Below are positions 19,810 through 28,165 of a DNA stretch of 64,000 bases, piece by piece (the first letter of the stretch is position 1; the number at the start of each line of letters is the position of its first letter). Below the pieces are notes generated by a model. It did no database searches. It was not told the DNA's origin and was given only the letters and a program-made list of their open reading frames with translations. The position numbers and the translations under genes were made by a program. Origin of the DNA: Candidatus Atabeyarchaeum deiterrae (GTDB lineage Archaea > Asgardarchaeota > Atabeyarchaeia > Atabeyarchaeales > Atabeyarchaeaceae); NCBI GenBank assembly GCA_037310415.1, contig CP147780.1, positions 2,560,001-2,624,000 of the forward strand. The letters are read 5' to 3'.

Positions 19810-20802
19810 TCAACCCACTATCTCTTTGACGGCTTTGACGATCTTCTTCTCGTCCGGAATGAAGCAGCTTTCGAGCACAGGACTGAATGGAACTGGCGTA
19901 TCAGGTGCTGTGACTCTCATTATGGGGGCATCTAGGTAGTCGAATGCCTCCTCCATAATAATAGATGCAATCTCTCCGCTGACACCCGCAGTCCTGCAAT
20001 CCTCGCTCACTACCACGGCATGTCCTGTCTTCTTGACTGATTCACCAATAGTTTTCCTATCAAATGGCACAAGTGTCCTCGGGTCAATCACTTCTGCCTT
20101 TATTCCTTGGCTTTCAAGTTCCTTCGCCGCGCCAAGAGCTTTCTGAACCATGTAGAGTACTCCAATGATTGTTACGTCGCTACCCTCTTTCTTAATGTCT
20201 GCTTTGCCGAAGGGTATAGTGTAGTCTTCGTCAGGAACATTGCCTTTCACTCCATACAAGATCTTATGCTCAGCGAACAGCACAGGACTGTTTCCTCTGA
20301 TAGCTGTCTTGAGCAGACCCTTCGCATCATAGGGTGTCGATGCAACTACAAGCTTCAAGCCAGCAGCATGCATGAACCATGATAAGTAAGTTGAAGAATG
20401 ATGAGCGGCAACCTGGGTACCTGCACCATAGGGAGTTCGAATTACGACTGGAACCTTCACCTGTCCCCCGAACATGTAGTGGATCTTCGCCGCCTGATTC
20501 ACGATCTGATCCACAGCCAACGCTATTAGATCTCCGAACATGATCTCGACGACAGGTCTCATGCCTGTCATAGCTGAGCCTATTGCGGCGCCCACGAAAG
20601 TGTTTTCCGAGATTGGAGTATCACGCACCCTTTGATCTCCGAATTCATCAGCCAATCCTTGTGTCACCTTGAATGCGCCTTGCCAGTATTTCCCGATGTC
20701 TTCCCCCATTAGAAACACGGTCTTGTCTCTCTTCATTTCTTCGCGTAGCGCTTCTCGAATGGCATCTCTAACGGTTATCTCTCTCATCTTGATGTTCACC
20801 AC
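19810..20802 (-). CDS. 2-oxoacid/acetoin dehydrogenase E1 beta subunit
   Basis: MGEDIG, RDTPISE, GMRPVVEIMF, DQIVNQAAK, FDYLDAPI. Confidence 0.96.
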   Translation of the reverse strand: MVNIKMREITVRDAIREALREEMKRDKTVFLMGEDIGKYWQGAFKVTQGLADEFGDQRVRDTPISENTFVGAAIGSAMTGMRPVVEIMFGDLIALAVDQIVNQAAKIHYMFGGQVKVPVVIRTPYGAGTQVAAHHSSTYLSWFMHAAGLKLVVASTPYDAKGLLKTAIRGNSPVLFAEHKILYGVKGNVPDEDYTIPFGKADIKKEGSDVTIIGVLYMVQKALGAAKELESQGIKAEVIDPRTLVPFDRKTIGESVKKTGHAVVVSEDCRTAGVSGEIASIIMEEAFDYLDAPIMRVTAPDTPVPFSPVLESCFIPDEKKIVKAVKEIVG

Positions 20803-20810
20803 GCTGTTGT

Positions 20811-21809
20811 CTAGTCTGCATAGACATCGTCACAAACACAGGTTGGCTCAGGTTGCGGACTCTCCTTCGCAAATTTGGATGCTTCCTCAACCTTGAGTTT
20901 TACTTGGTCTTCTATCTTCTTCAGTTCGTCTTCCTTCGCAACCCTCTCGTCAAGCAACCTGTCACGCATTCTCTTCACAGCGTCCCTCTTGATCCACTCT
21001 TCAACTTCTTCCTTCGGCCTGTATGTCGCAGGATCGAATCTGGAGTGTCCTTTCAGTCTGTAGGTCTTGGTTTCAATCAGGGTCGGTCCTTCACCTTTCC
21101 TAGCTCTTCGAACAGCTTCAGACGCGACTCTGTAGACATCGACTACATCGTTTCCGTCAACGATGACTCCGGGCATGCCATAAGCGGATGCTCTGTCAGC
21201 GACATTCTCCAGAACCATCGCTATGCTTTGGCGTGTCCCCATTGCATACAGATTGTTCTCACAAACAAAGAGGACGGGCAGCTTCCAGACCGAAGCCAAA
21301 TTTAACGACTCGTGAAAAGTACCTTGGTTTGAGGCGCCTTCACCAAAAAACACTGCCACGACCTGATCTGTTCCTTTCATCTTGGCTGATAAGCCGGCGC
21401 CGACAGCTAAGGGAAGACCTGAACCCACAACACCAGTTGCACCCAAAATCCCCTTGTCAAAGTCGGTGACATGCATTGATCCGCCCTTACCTTTGCAGTA
21501 TCCAGTTCCTTTACCCATTATCTCAGCCATCATTTTGCCGAGGTCCGCCCCTTTTGCTATGCAGTGACCGTGTCCTCTGTGCGTGCTTTGAATGTAGTCA
21601 TCTTGTCTGAGAGCAGAGCATATGCCTACAGCTGAGGCTTCTTCGCCCAAGTAGAGGTGGATTGTTCCAGGGATGAGGTTCTGACCGAATAACTCGTAGA
21701 CTTTCTCCTCGAAAAGACGAAGCTCGAGGACCTTTCGATACATGTCTAGCAGGAAATTCTTTTCAAGTTTCAAGTCGGTTCCATGAACCTTTACAGTCAC
21801 AGTACTCAA
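20811..21809 (-). CDS. 2-oxoacid/acetoin dehydrogenase E1 alpha subunit (TPP-binding)
   Basis: STHRGHGH, GKGGSMH, GEGA...CENN TPP motif, TYRLKGHS. Confidence 0.96.
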   Translation of the reverse strand: MSTVTVKVHGTDLKLEKNFLLDMYRKVLELRLFEEKVYELFGQNLIPGTIHLYLGEEASAVGICSALRQDDYIQSTHRGHGHCIAKGADLGKMMAEIMGKGTGYCKGKGGSMHVTDFDKGILGATGVVGSGLPLAVGAGLSAKMKGTDQVVAVFFGEGASNQGTFHESLNLASVWKLPVLFVCENNLYAMGTRQSIAMVLENVADRASAYGMPGVIVDGNDVVDVYRVASEAVRRARKGEGPTLIETKTYRLKGHSRFDPATYRPKEEVEEWIKRDAVKRMRDRLLDERVAKEDELKKIEDQVKLKVEEASKFAKESPQPEPTCVCDDVYAD

Positions 21810-22146
21810 AATAATCGCCTCGATCTAGATCAATAGAAATCAAGTCGATACAAATCTTTTCTTGTTTGGAAAGAATGCTTTTCGATGCTTTCATATGCGT
21901 TAAGTTAACAGACTTAAAATATCTTTGCTTCTTTTTCTCTTAGCATTAACTAGAACTCACTCGACTTGCTTCTGACTTCCGTAACTAGGGGTTTCATTAC
22001 TCCGTAATCCTATTGCCAATGCATAAGGACCAAAGTGGAAGATGATGAGTCTGGGAATACCCACTTGTTCGTTAAATCGATTGCCTTATATTCGGTTAAA
22101 GGTAGATCACAGCAGAGAATCTTGAGGCAGATAGGAGGAGTAAAAA

Positions 22147-22275
22147 GTGGAGATCTGCTGTGAGAAATGCGGAGGAAACGAATTCACAATCATGTCTAAA
22201 GTGCTTGGAGGCATAGTCAATTTGAAATGCAAGAAATGCAACAGGGAATATAGGTTATTCCAGGTTTCTCATTGA
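22147..22275 (+). CDS. 42-aa zinc-ribbon microprotein (not in ORF track)
   Basis: AGGAGGAG RBS then GTG: MEICCEKCGGNEFTIMSKVLGGIVNLKCKKCNREYRLFQVSH*, with two CxxC knuckles. Confidence 0.75.
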   Translation: MEICCEKCGGNEFTIMSKVLGGIVNLKCKKCNREYRLFQVSH

Positions 22276-22298
22276 CGGCTGCTAGCCACCATCCCATC

Positions 22299-23444
22299 TT
22301 ACTGAAACAATTCCTTCTGATGTTTCAGCGTGTAGTTCGTGTATAGCCCCATCGCTATTAGAGGATTCTTTGTCTGACTCAGAAACTTCACTTGGGTGTC
22401 CAAGTTTTCCCCTATTTCTTTTTTCCATCTCTTCTCATAGTTGGCTAGGAACTTTGCTGAGGCGTCGTTGGATAGTGCTGCTTCAGCTGCAACTTCTCCG
22501 GCAGCGATCCCCGCTCTAATAGCGAAGTAGATACCTTCTCCTGTCACTGCTCCAACCATTCCGACGCTATCTCCAGCCAAGAGGACTCCGTCGCCGTATG
22601 TCGGGGTGAATGTTCCTGAAAACGGAACATAGGCTCCTTTCACTTCCCCAATGATTCTCGCACCCTTCAGCAGTTGCACCGCGATTTCATTGTTCTTGAC
22701 AAAATCATTGAAGTAGGATGTCGACTTTTTCTTCATCTCGGTTGTAGCGCATCCTGTGCCAACTGTGAGGACTCCTATCTTTGGGAAGATCCAGTGATAT
22801 CCCATGAGGTCACGTTCATAGAAGAGGTATAGGGTGTTTCCCATCCGTTTGTCTATCTCCCGGTTGGGTAGCTTGAAGTGAGCTTCCGTGCAGTAAGCAC
22901 ATCTCTCTCGCCACTTGTTCACATCATTGTTGAACCACTTCGCCCAGAATCCTGCGGTTCTTGCAATATTGCTTGAGACGCCGTCACACCCAACAACGAC
23001 CTTGCTGCGCAAGATGCCTCTGTTTGCAGTCTTGACTCCACATATTCTCTTCTGATCATCGAACATTACGGAAAGAATCGGCGTAGATTCGTATAGAGTC
23101 GCTCCTGAGTTGACAGCCATCTTGGTTAGGTGATAGTCGAATTTCTTCCTTGAAACGGTGCGCCAGGCAAGATGATCTGGCCACGGGACACTGGGAAACT
23201 TCCTTGTTCCAGCGACTACCTGCGCCTGTTCCATCACCCGCTCAATCACGCTACTTGAGATATTCAGTTTCTTAATGACCCAAGCGTTGACTCCACCTCC
23301 ACACAATTTGTCTCTTGGAAGTTTCGCCATTTCCACCAGAGCCGTCTTGGCTCCCCCCTTGGCTGCGTGCATTGCAGCCATACTGCCCGCTGGTCCCGCT
23401 CCGACCACAACCACATCAAATATCTCCTGAGTCATATTGATCAC
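22299..23444 (-). CDS. Geranylgeranyl reductase-family FAD oxidoreductase
   Basis: VVGAGPAGS, PRDKLCGG, GCDGVSS, GYHWIFPK, LAGDS, TGEGIYFA. Confidence 0.9.
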   Translation of the reverse strand: MINMTQEIFDVVVVGAGPAGSMAAMHAAKGGAKTALVEMAKLPRDKLCGGGVNAWVIKKLNISSSVIERVMEQAQVVAGTRKFPSVPWPDHLAWRTVSRKKFDYHLTKMAVNSGATLYESTPILSVMFDDQKRICGVKTANRGILRSKVVVGCDGVSSNIARTAGFWAKWFNNDVNKWRERCAYCTEAHFKLPNREIDKRMGNTLYLFYERDLMGYHWIFPKIGVLTVGTGCATTEMKKKSTSYFNDFVKNNEIAVQLLKGARIIGEVKGAYVPFSGTFTPTYGDGVLLAGDSVGMVGAVTGEGIYFAIRAGIAAGEVAAEAALSNDASAKFLANYEKRWKKEIGENLDTQVKFLSQTKNPLIAMGLYTNYTLKHQKELFQ

Positions 23445-24121
23445 TTACCCCGCATTGGTTCTCGCTCAAGTTTCAGTAGAGATGAGAGAGCAGCGTTGAA
23501 AGCGCCTCTTTGAGCTCGTGAAGGAGTGTTACCCATTGCAACGATCAACGTGTCTCCTTCCTCGAATCTGAATTCTAGCACTAATTCTCTAACGGTTTTC
23601 CTGTCAACGACTCTCATAGAGACTGATGGCACCTTGAGTTCCCCTTTTTCAAACACGAGTGTTGTGGCACCGATAGCACCAACAAGCAGAGCTTGATCTC
23701 GTTGTTCTATTCCGCTCTCCACGAAGGAGGCTGATCCTCTGAGTTGAATAGCATAAGCAAACTCGGCAAAGGACACTCCAGGTGCATGAACTTCCTTGAA
23801 ATCTACAATCCTTGCTCTGACTTCTCGGTTCCAAGTCTTCCCTCCATCCGTCAACACATGACCTCGGTTTCCAACGAGTTGTACTAGCTTATTCTGTTCG
23901 AGGCGTCTAAGCAGAGTCTTGACTGGACCCTCCTTGAGGTCCAACTGTTTCATCAAAGTGGACCGACTGATGGGCTGAGTCTCGGTTCCTATGAAAACGA
24001 TTGCTGCTAGTATATCACATCTCTCGAATGAGGGCGGGACGGTTGGCGAAGCCATGATGTTCTCTAATAGACGAGATAGCGATGACATAGAACCAAGTGA
24101 ACCTTCGCCCAACACTAGCAC
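23441..24121 (-). CDS. Winged-HTH protein with DUF4443-like C-terminal domain (putative regulator)
   Basis: ISRSTLMKQLDLKEGPVKTLLRRL HTH; C-terminal SGIEQRDQALLVGAIGATTL typical of this archaeal family; 4-nt overlap with the GGR gene. Confidence 0.75.
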   Translation of the reverse strand: MLVLGEGSLGSMSSLSRLLENIMASPTVPPSFERCDILAAIVFIGTETQPISRSTLMKQLDLKEGPVKTLLRRLEQNKLVQLVGNRGHVLTDGGKTWNREVRARIVDFKEVHAPGVSFAEFAYAIQLRGSASFVESGIEQRDQALLVGAIGATTLVFEKGELKVPSVSMRVVDRKTVRELVLEFRFEEGDTLIVAMGNTPSRAQRGAFNAALSSLLKLEREPMRGK

Positions 24122-24220
24122 CAGTATTAGGAGTAGTCCTAGTTCCCTTATTTATTACATTACATTCTAGAGGATCCTTTCTTCCGTTGGTCATGAGATC
24201 GACCGTGCGTTAATGGAAAG

Positions 24221-24253
24221 GTTTTTATATGTCTGTTGGATAACTTATCCAAC
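24221..24253 (+). promoter_or_regulatory. TATA box followed by perfect palindrome GTTGGATAA-C-TTATCCAAC (candidate operator)
   Basis: TTTTTATAT at 24222-24230 and a 9-bp perfect inverted repeat at 24235-24253, upstream of the ECF S gene. Confidence 0.6.
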
Positions 24254-24312
24254 GACGCAATACGAGATAAAGAGAACTCCATTGCTGAAAACGCGTTTGG
24301 GCGGAAGACGAC

Positions 24313-24930
24313 TTGAACGAGAATGAACATGCGAACCGGTCTGCCAACAATAATCAAAGGACAGGCGTACGCAAGAGCGTTGAAGTATCAATAGTGGCCA
24401 TGCTTTCAGCAACAGCGATATCAATTGGCATTCTTCGGTTTTGGGCGCCTAACATCGAACTGACGAGCTTGATTGCTTTTCTGTCAGGATTTGTGTTTGG
24501 ATCGCGTATTGGGGGTCTTGTAGGGCTAGTCACGATGTCGGTGTCGAGTATTCTGAACCCGCTTGGGTCGGGAGCCGTATGGCCAGCTATCCTGTTGACT
24601 CAAGTGAGTTGCATGACGCTAATTGGAGCAGTTGGAGGATTAGTTTCAAGATTTTCTGGTAGAGGTGATACAGCTCTCAGTTTGTCACTCAAGATGGGTG
24701 CTGCGGGGTTCTATCTGACCTTGATATACGATCTTGTGACCAACTTTGGATATGCTCTGTCTTTTCCGTTGGCTCCTGATCTTGTCACGCGTTATGAGAT
24801 TGCGTTGATTGCGGGCTTATACTTCATGGTCATTCATGTGATGAGCAATATCCTACTCTTTGGCGTAGTAGGCCCAGTAGCATCGCGATCGATAACAAGA
24901 GTAATCCAAAGAGAAGAGGCGTATAAGTAG
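24313..24930 (+). CDS. ECF transporter S component (CbrT-like, putative cobalamin)
   Basis: AMLSA (AxxxA), PNIELTS, YDLVTN, HVMSN motifs; ~6 TM segments; adjacent to DUF4430. Confidence 0.8.
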   Translation: MNENEHANRSANNNQRTGVRKSVEVSIVAMLSATAISIGILRFWAPNIELTSLIAFLSGFVFGSRIGGLVGLVTMSVSSILNPLGSGAVWPAILLTQVSCMTLIGAVGGLVSRFSGRGDTALSLSLKMGAAGFYLTLIYDLVTNFGYALSFPLAPDLVTRYEIALIAGLYFMVIHVMSNILLFGVVGPVASRSITRVIQREEAYK

Positions 24931-25392
24931 ATGAATCGTACGAAATCTGCTATTCTATTGCTCGCTATATTGATTCCCTCAGCTTCCCTGATCGGAGCAT
25001 ATACTTATTTCTGGGGTTCAGGCATCGGAGGATCCCTCGGCGGCCCAGGCATTTTCGGAACCCCTGCTCCATGCTATAACGTGACTATTATCATCAATTA
25101 TGGAAAAGACTATGGGCATGGCGTCACCCAGACTTTCAGCCAGTTGAATTTCACACAAGGTGCCAGTGTTTTTGAAGGATTGGTTGGAGCCATTGGTGAT
25201 GCAAATGTAACGTACCAGTACTATGGTTCACTCGTATTTGTAAGGGGGATTAATGGCGTCATTAATGGCGGATCTGCCAACCTGTACTGGCAGTACTACA
25301 TTAACGGGCAATATGGCCCTTCTGCTTCGAACCTCTACTATCTGGGTAACAACAGTGTGGTAGAGTGGCGGTATGAGTCATCTAGATTCTGA
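24931..25392 (+). CDS. DUF4430 (transcobalamin-like) membrane-anchored protein
   Basis: N-terminal TM; FVRGINGV, YWQYYINGQY, VEWRY motifs. Confidence 0.85.
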   Translation: MNRTKSAILLLAILIPSASLIGAYTYFWGSGIGGSLGGPGIFGTPAPCYNVTIIINYGKDYGHGVTQTFSQLNFTQGASVFEGLVGAIGDANVTYQYYGSLVFVRGINGVINGGSANLYWQYYINGQYGPSASNLYYLGNNSVVEWRYESSRF

Positions 25393-25429
25393 TGAATGGA
25401 AAAGTTCTGCAAAGGATGGCGATATTTGG

Positions 25430-26143
25430 ATGCAAACGAAAGTGAAAAAGGAACTAGTTACGATTCTGTTGCTGGTTTCAGTATTGGTAACGGCACAAAG
25501 TACTTCAATGGTTAATGCAGCTGACTCATCTATCTTTGGAGTCACGCCGGGTCAAAGATCTCAGTGGCTCGTCATGGATTCTAGCAACGTGACCCTTGAG
25601 TGGATTCAAGAGGACTTCACGCACGTCGCCTACTATCAGGTTCCTGTGGGATCTATCATTAACTTGACCATAACGAACACAGTTGACAATAGGTGCAACG
25701 GAACTATATCGATCGGGAACCTCACCCGGACCAATGTGCCGATGTCAGAAGTCTCTTTCAACTTGATCCTCGGATGGTGGCCTTTCCAACCAGGACTAGT
25801 ATGCCCTATCAACTGGGATGTGCAGAAGCTAAATGCCACACAACACGGATTCACGGTGACAGAAACAACCATCGGAGGCATTCAAGCAATTACCTTCAAG
25901 TATCTAACAGGTAGTCAAGGAACTATCTTGGTTTATGACAAAACTAGTGGGCTGCTGATCAACGGGTATGGAAAGTTCACATCAGTAATTGAGGTAGCCT
26001 TAGTTTCTACAGACATAGACGTTGGTTCGATTCAGTCTAGCTATCAGAACGTAGGAACAATCTATCTTGTACTTGAGATCATAACAGTGGTCGCGTCAGC
26101 GGCGATCATACTTGTTGTGGGGCGATCAGTTCGCAGAAAATAG
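25430..26143 (+). CDS. Hypothetical surface protein (signal peptide, beta-rich Thr/Asn-rich body, C-terminal TM anchor)
   Basis: MQTKVKKELVTILLLVSVLVTA signal; several NxT/S sequons; C-terminal hydrophobic helix then RSVRRK. Confidence 0.7.
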   Translation: MQTKVKKELVTILLLVSVLVTAQSTSMVNAADSSIFGVTPGQRSQWLVMDSSNVTLEWIQEDFTHVAYYQVPVGSIINLTITNTVDNRCNGTISIGNLTRTNVPMSEVSFNLILGWWPFQPGLVCPINWDVQKLNATQHGFTVTETTIGGIQAITFKYLTGSQGTILVYDKTSGLLINGYGKFTSVIEVALVSTDIDVGSIQSSYQNVGTIYLVLEIITVVASAAIILVVGRSVRRK

Positions 26144-26175
26144 AACCTTGAGCAAGGACGAGGTCAATTTCCTCA

Positions 26176-26206
26176 CTTTTCTGTTTTTCTTTCATCTCCT
26201 CTTTCC
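26176..26206 (+). terminator. Pyrimidine/T-rich tract, archaeal-type terminator candidate
   Basis: CTTTTCTGTTTTTCTTTCATCTCCTCTTTCC just after the ECF/DUF4430/surface-protein run. Confidence 0.4.
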
Positions 26207-26307
26207 AAAATATATAAGATAACCGAAGCTACATGACTTCGTCAACAAGAACTAGATGATAGTTATCCTACAATGTATCGAGTTGAGCGGAGTGTGAGTA
26301 TCTAATC

Positions 26308-26712
26308 ATGGAAGATGAGGAACTGAAGTCACGAATGGCTTCGCTTTATGGTGAAGATGTAGTCGAAGCTGTTGCGGAGAACATGCTGAAGAGGATTGAA
26401 GATGAGTATGGAGAGATACCCTTCATCATCAGCTACTTGAGTCAGAAACCTGAGCTTCTTGTTTCACGAGCCATGAAGAATATGCAAGCCAAGAAGTATA
26501 TGAAGAGTCTGTCTCAGAAGGTTGTTGAGTTGATGTCCGTTTCGGCGGCTGTCGCCCTAGGCTGTGAATACTGCACCGACCTACACGTAAGGGCTGCCAT
26601 ACGTGCTGGGGCCACGGAGAATGAGGTTTTGAGTGCGATACTGGTGGCAAGTCAGATTGCTGAATCGTCAAGACTCTCCATTGGCTTGAGGAAGTTGGAC
26701 AGAAACAGGTAG
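26308..26712 (+). CDS. Carboxymuconolactone decarboxylase / AhpD-like protein
   Basis: ELMSVSAAVALGCEYCTDLHVRAAIRAGATENEV. Confidence 0.88.
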   Translation: MEDEELKSRMASLYGEDVVEAVAENMLKRIEDEYGEIPFIISYLSQKPELLVSRAMKNMQAKKYMKSLSQKVVELMSVSAAVALGCEYCTDLHVRAAIRAGATENEVLSAILVASQIAESSRLSIGLRKLDRNR

Positions 26713-26780
26713 CAAACGTAGGAAATGAAGAGAGATTCAACCTCGACATTGTTCGTCGTTCCTATTAGAGAGCTCTCTAG

Positions 26781-28079
26781 TTAGTACTTTGTTTTTGGCT
26801 CCTTCACTCCAATGGCTACTAGTGCTACTGCAATGACTGTTACAAGGGCGTTCATCATGAACAGGCTCTGCATACCGCCTAATAGACCTCTCCCGAGAGA
26901 GAAGTTCACGAAGTCCACCAATAGTCCGCCAGCTATGGGACCGACAAACATCCCGAGGTCATTGAACATTCCTAGTATGCCAAACAAGGATCCGCGTCTT
27001 TCAGGTGGCGTTAGGTCCGCTATTAGGGCTGAAGTTGCTGGTCCGGCCATTGTGGCTATGAAAGCGAAGCCACCAATTACAGCTGCGAGCAACATTAGCG
27101 TGTTGGTCCATAGCATGCCAAGCCAGAAGAATGAACCTGACACTGCAGAGATCAAGAGAATCTTTCTCTTTCCATATTTGTCAGCTAGGGTTCCTCCAGT
27201 GACTGCAGCGAGTGCCCCAGTTAAACCGAATAACATGTAGACGAGACCTATATCGAGATATGTGCCACCGTAGATTTTGACTATGAGAATCGCGAGTAAT
27301 GTGTCTATCATCGAGAATGTAATCATTATAATGAAGGTTGAGGCGACTAAGAACGCAATGATTCTGCGTCTAGATCCGGGTTCAGGTTGAGTCTTCTTCT
27401 GAACGGGAGCTTCAGTATTTCCCTTCGCCTTTGGTGAAGGATTGATTCCTTTCTTGTCGCTCAAGAGGACAGGATCTTTTGCCTGCTGTTTTCCAGCTCC
27501 TCTGATTGGTTCTCTTAGGAACAGCAGACTTGATATGGCTCCAGCAATTGCGAGCAAAGCGCAGAAGTAGAATACTTCTTGTAAGCCCCAAATGTATGCG
27601 ATTATGCCTCCTAATGCGGGTGCTATTAATGTACCAACTTGGTAGGTCATAGAGACAGCACCGAGGGCTCTTGCCCTCACTTGCGTTGGTACGGTGTCTG
27701 CGATCAATGCGTCTGATGCTGGCCAAAGTGTTGAAGATGATACTCCTTGGACAGCTCGGTAGCTTATGAACTCAATTGGACTCGTCGCTGTTGAATAGAG
27801 GAGTGCGACGAATGAATAGGAAAACAGAGCTGGGACAATGGTCTTCTTTCTGCCGATTCTATCCGATAGCCGTCCTGTAAAAGGCTGAAGGAGTGCACGT
27901 GGGAGTGCAAACATAGATATGTACAAACCTATTATGAACAAGCTTCCTCCAGCTTGAGGAAGCATGTAGACTGACATCATTGGGGCGAACATTGAGAAGC
28001 CGAACATTACTACCAAGTTGCTGAACGTTAGGATAATGACATTGCGGTAATGCGCCAAGGTTCTAATTGAGCTTGCCAT
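26781..28079 (-). CDS. MFS transporter (DHA1-like)
   Basis: GRLSDRIGRKK, GTLADKYGKRK, ALIADLTPPERRG; 12 TM segments. Confidence 0.93.
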   Translation of the reverse strand: MASSIRTLAHYRNVIILTFSNLVVMFGFSMFAPMMSVYMLPQAGGSLFIIGLYISMFALPRALLQPFTGRLSDRIGRKKTIVPALFSYSFVALLYSTATSPIEFISYRAVQGVSSSTLWPASDALIADTVPTQVRARALGAVSMTYQVGTLIAPALGGIIAYIWGLQEVFYFCALLAIAGAISSLLFLREPIRGAGKQQAKDPVLLSDKKGINPSPKAKGNTEAPVQKKTQPEPGSRRRIIAFLVASTFIIMITFSMIDTLLAILIVKIYGGTYLDIGLVYMLFGLTGALAAVTGGTLADKYGKRKILLISAVSGSFFWLGMLWTNTLMLLAAVIGGFAFIATMAGPATSALIADLTPPERRGSLFGILGMFNDLGMFVGPIAGGLLVDFVNFSLGRGLLGGMQSLFMMNALVTVIAVALVAIGVKEPKTKY

Positions 28080-28165
28080 GTGGTACCGACCTGCCCTCTT
28101 TTTTCTGGTTTGCTAGTTGTCTCTTGAAGGCTTGTTTGAACCTATTTGCAATTGTAGCATGGAGT

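Noticed and set aside
24122-24312. Cobalamin riboswitch upstream of the ECF S gene
   Set aside because: No B12-box or GGGAA/GCCACTG core, and the leader after the TATA box is too short.
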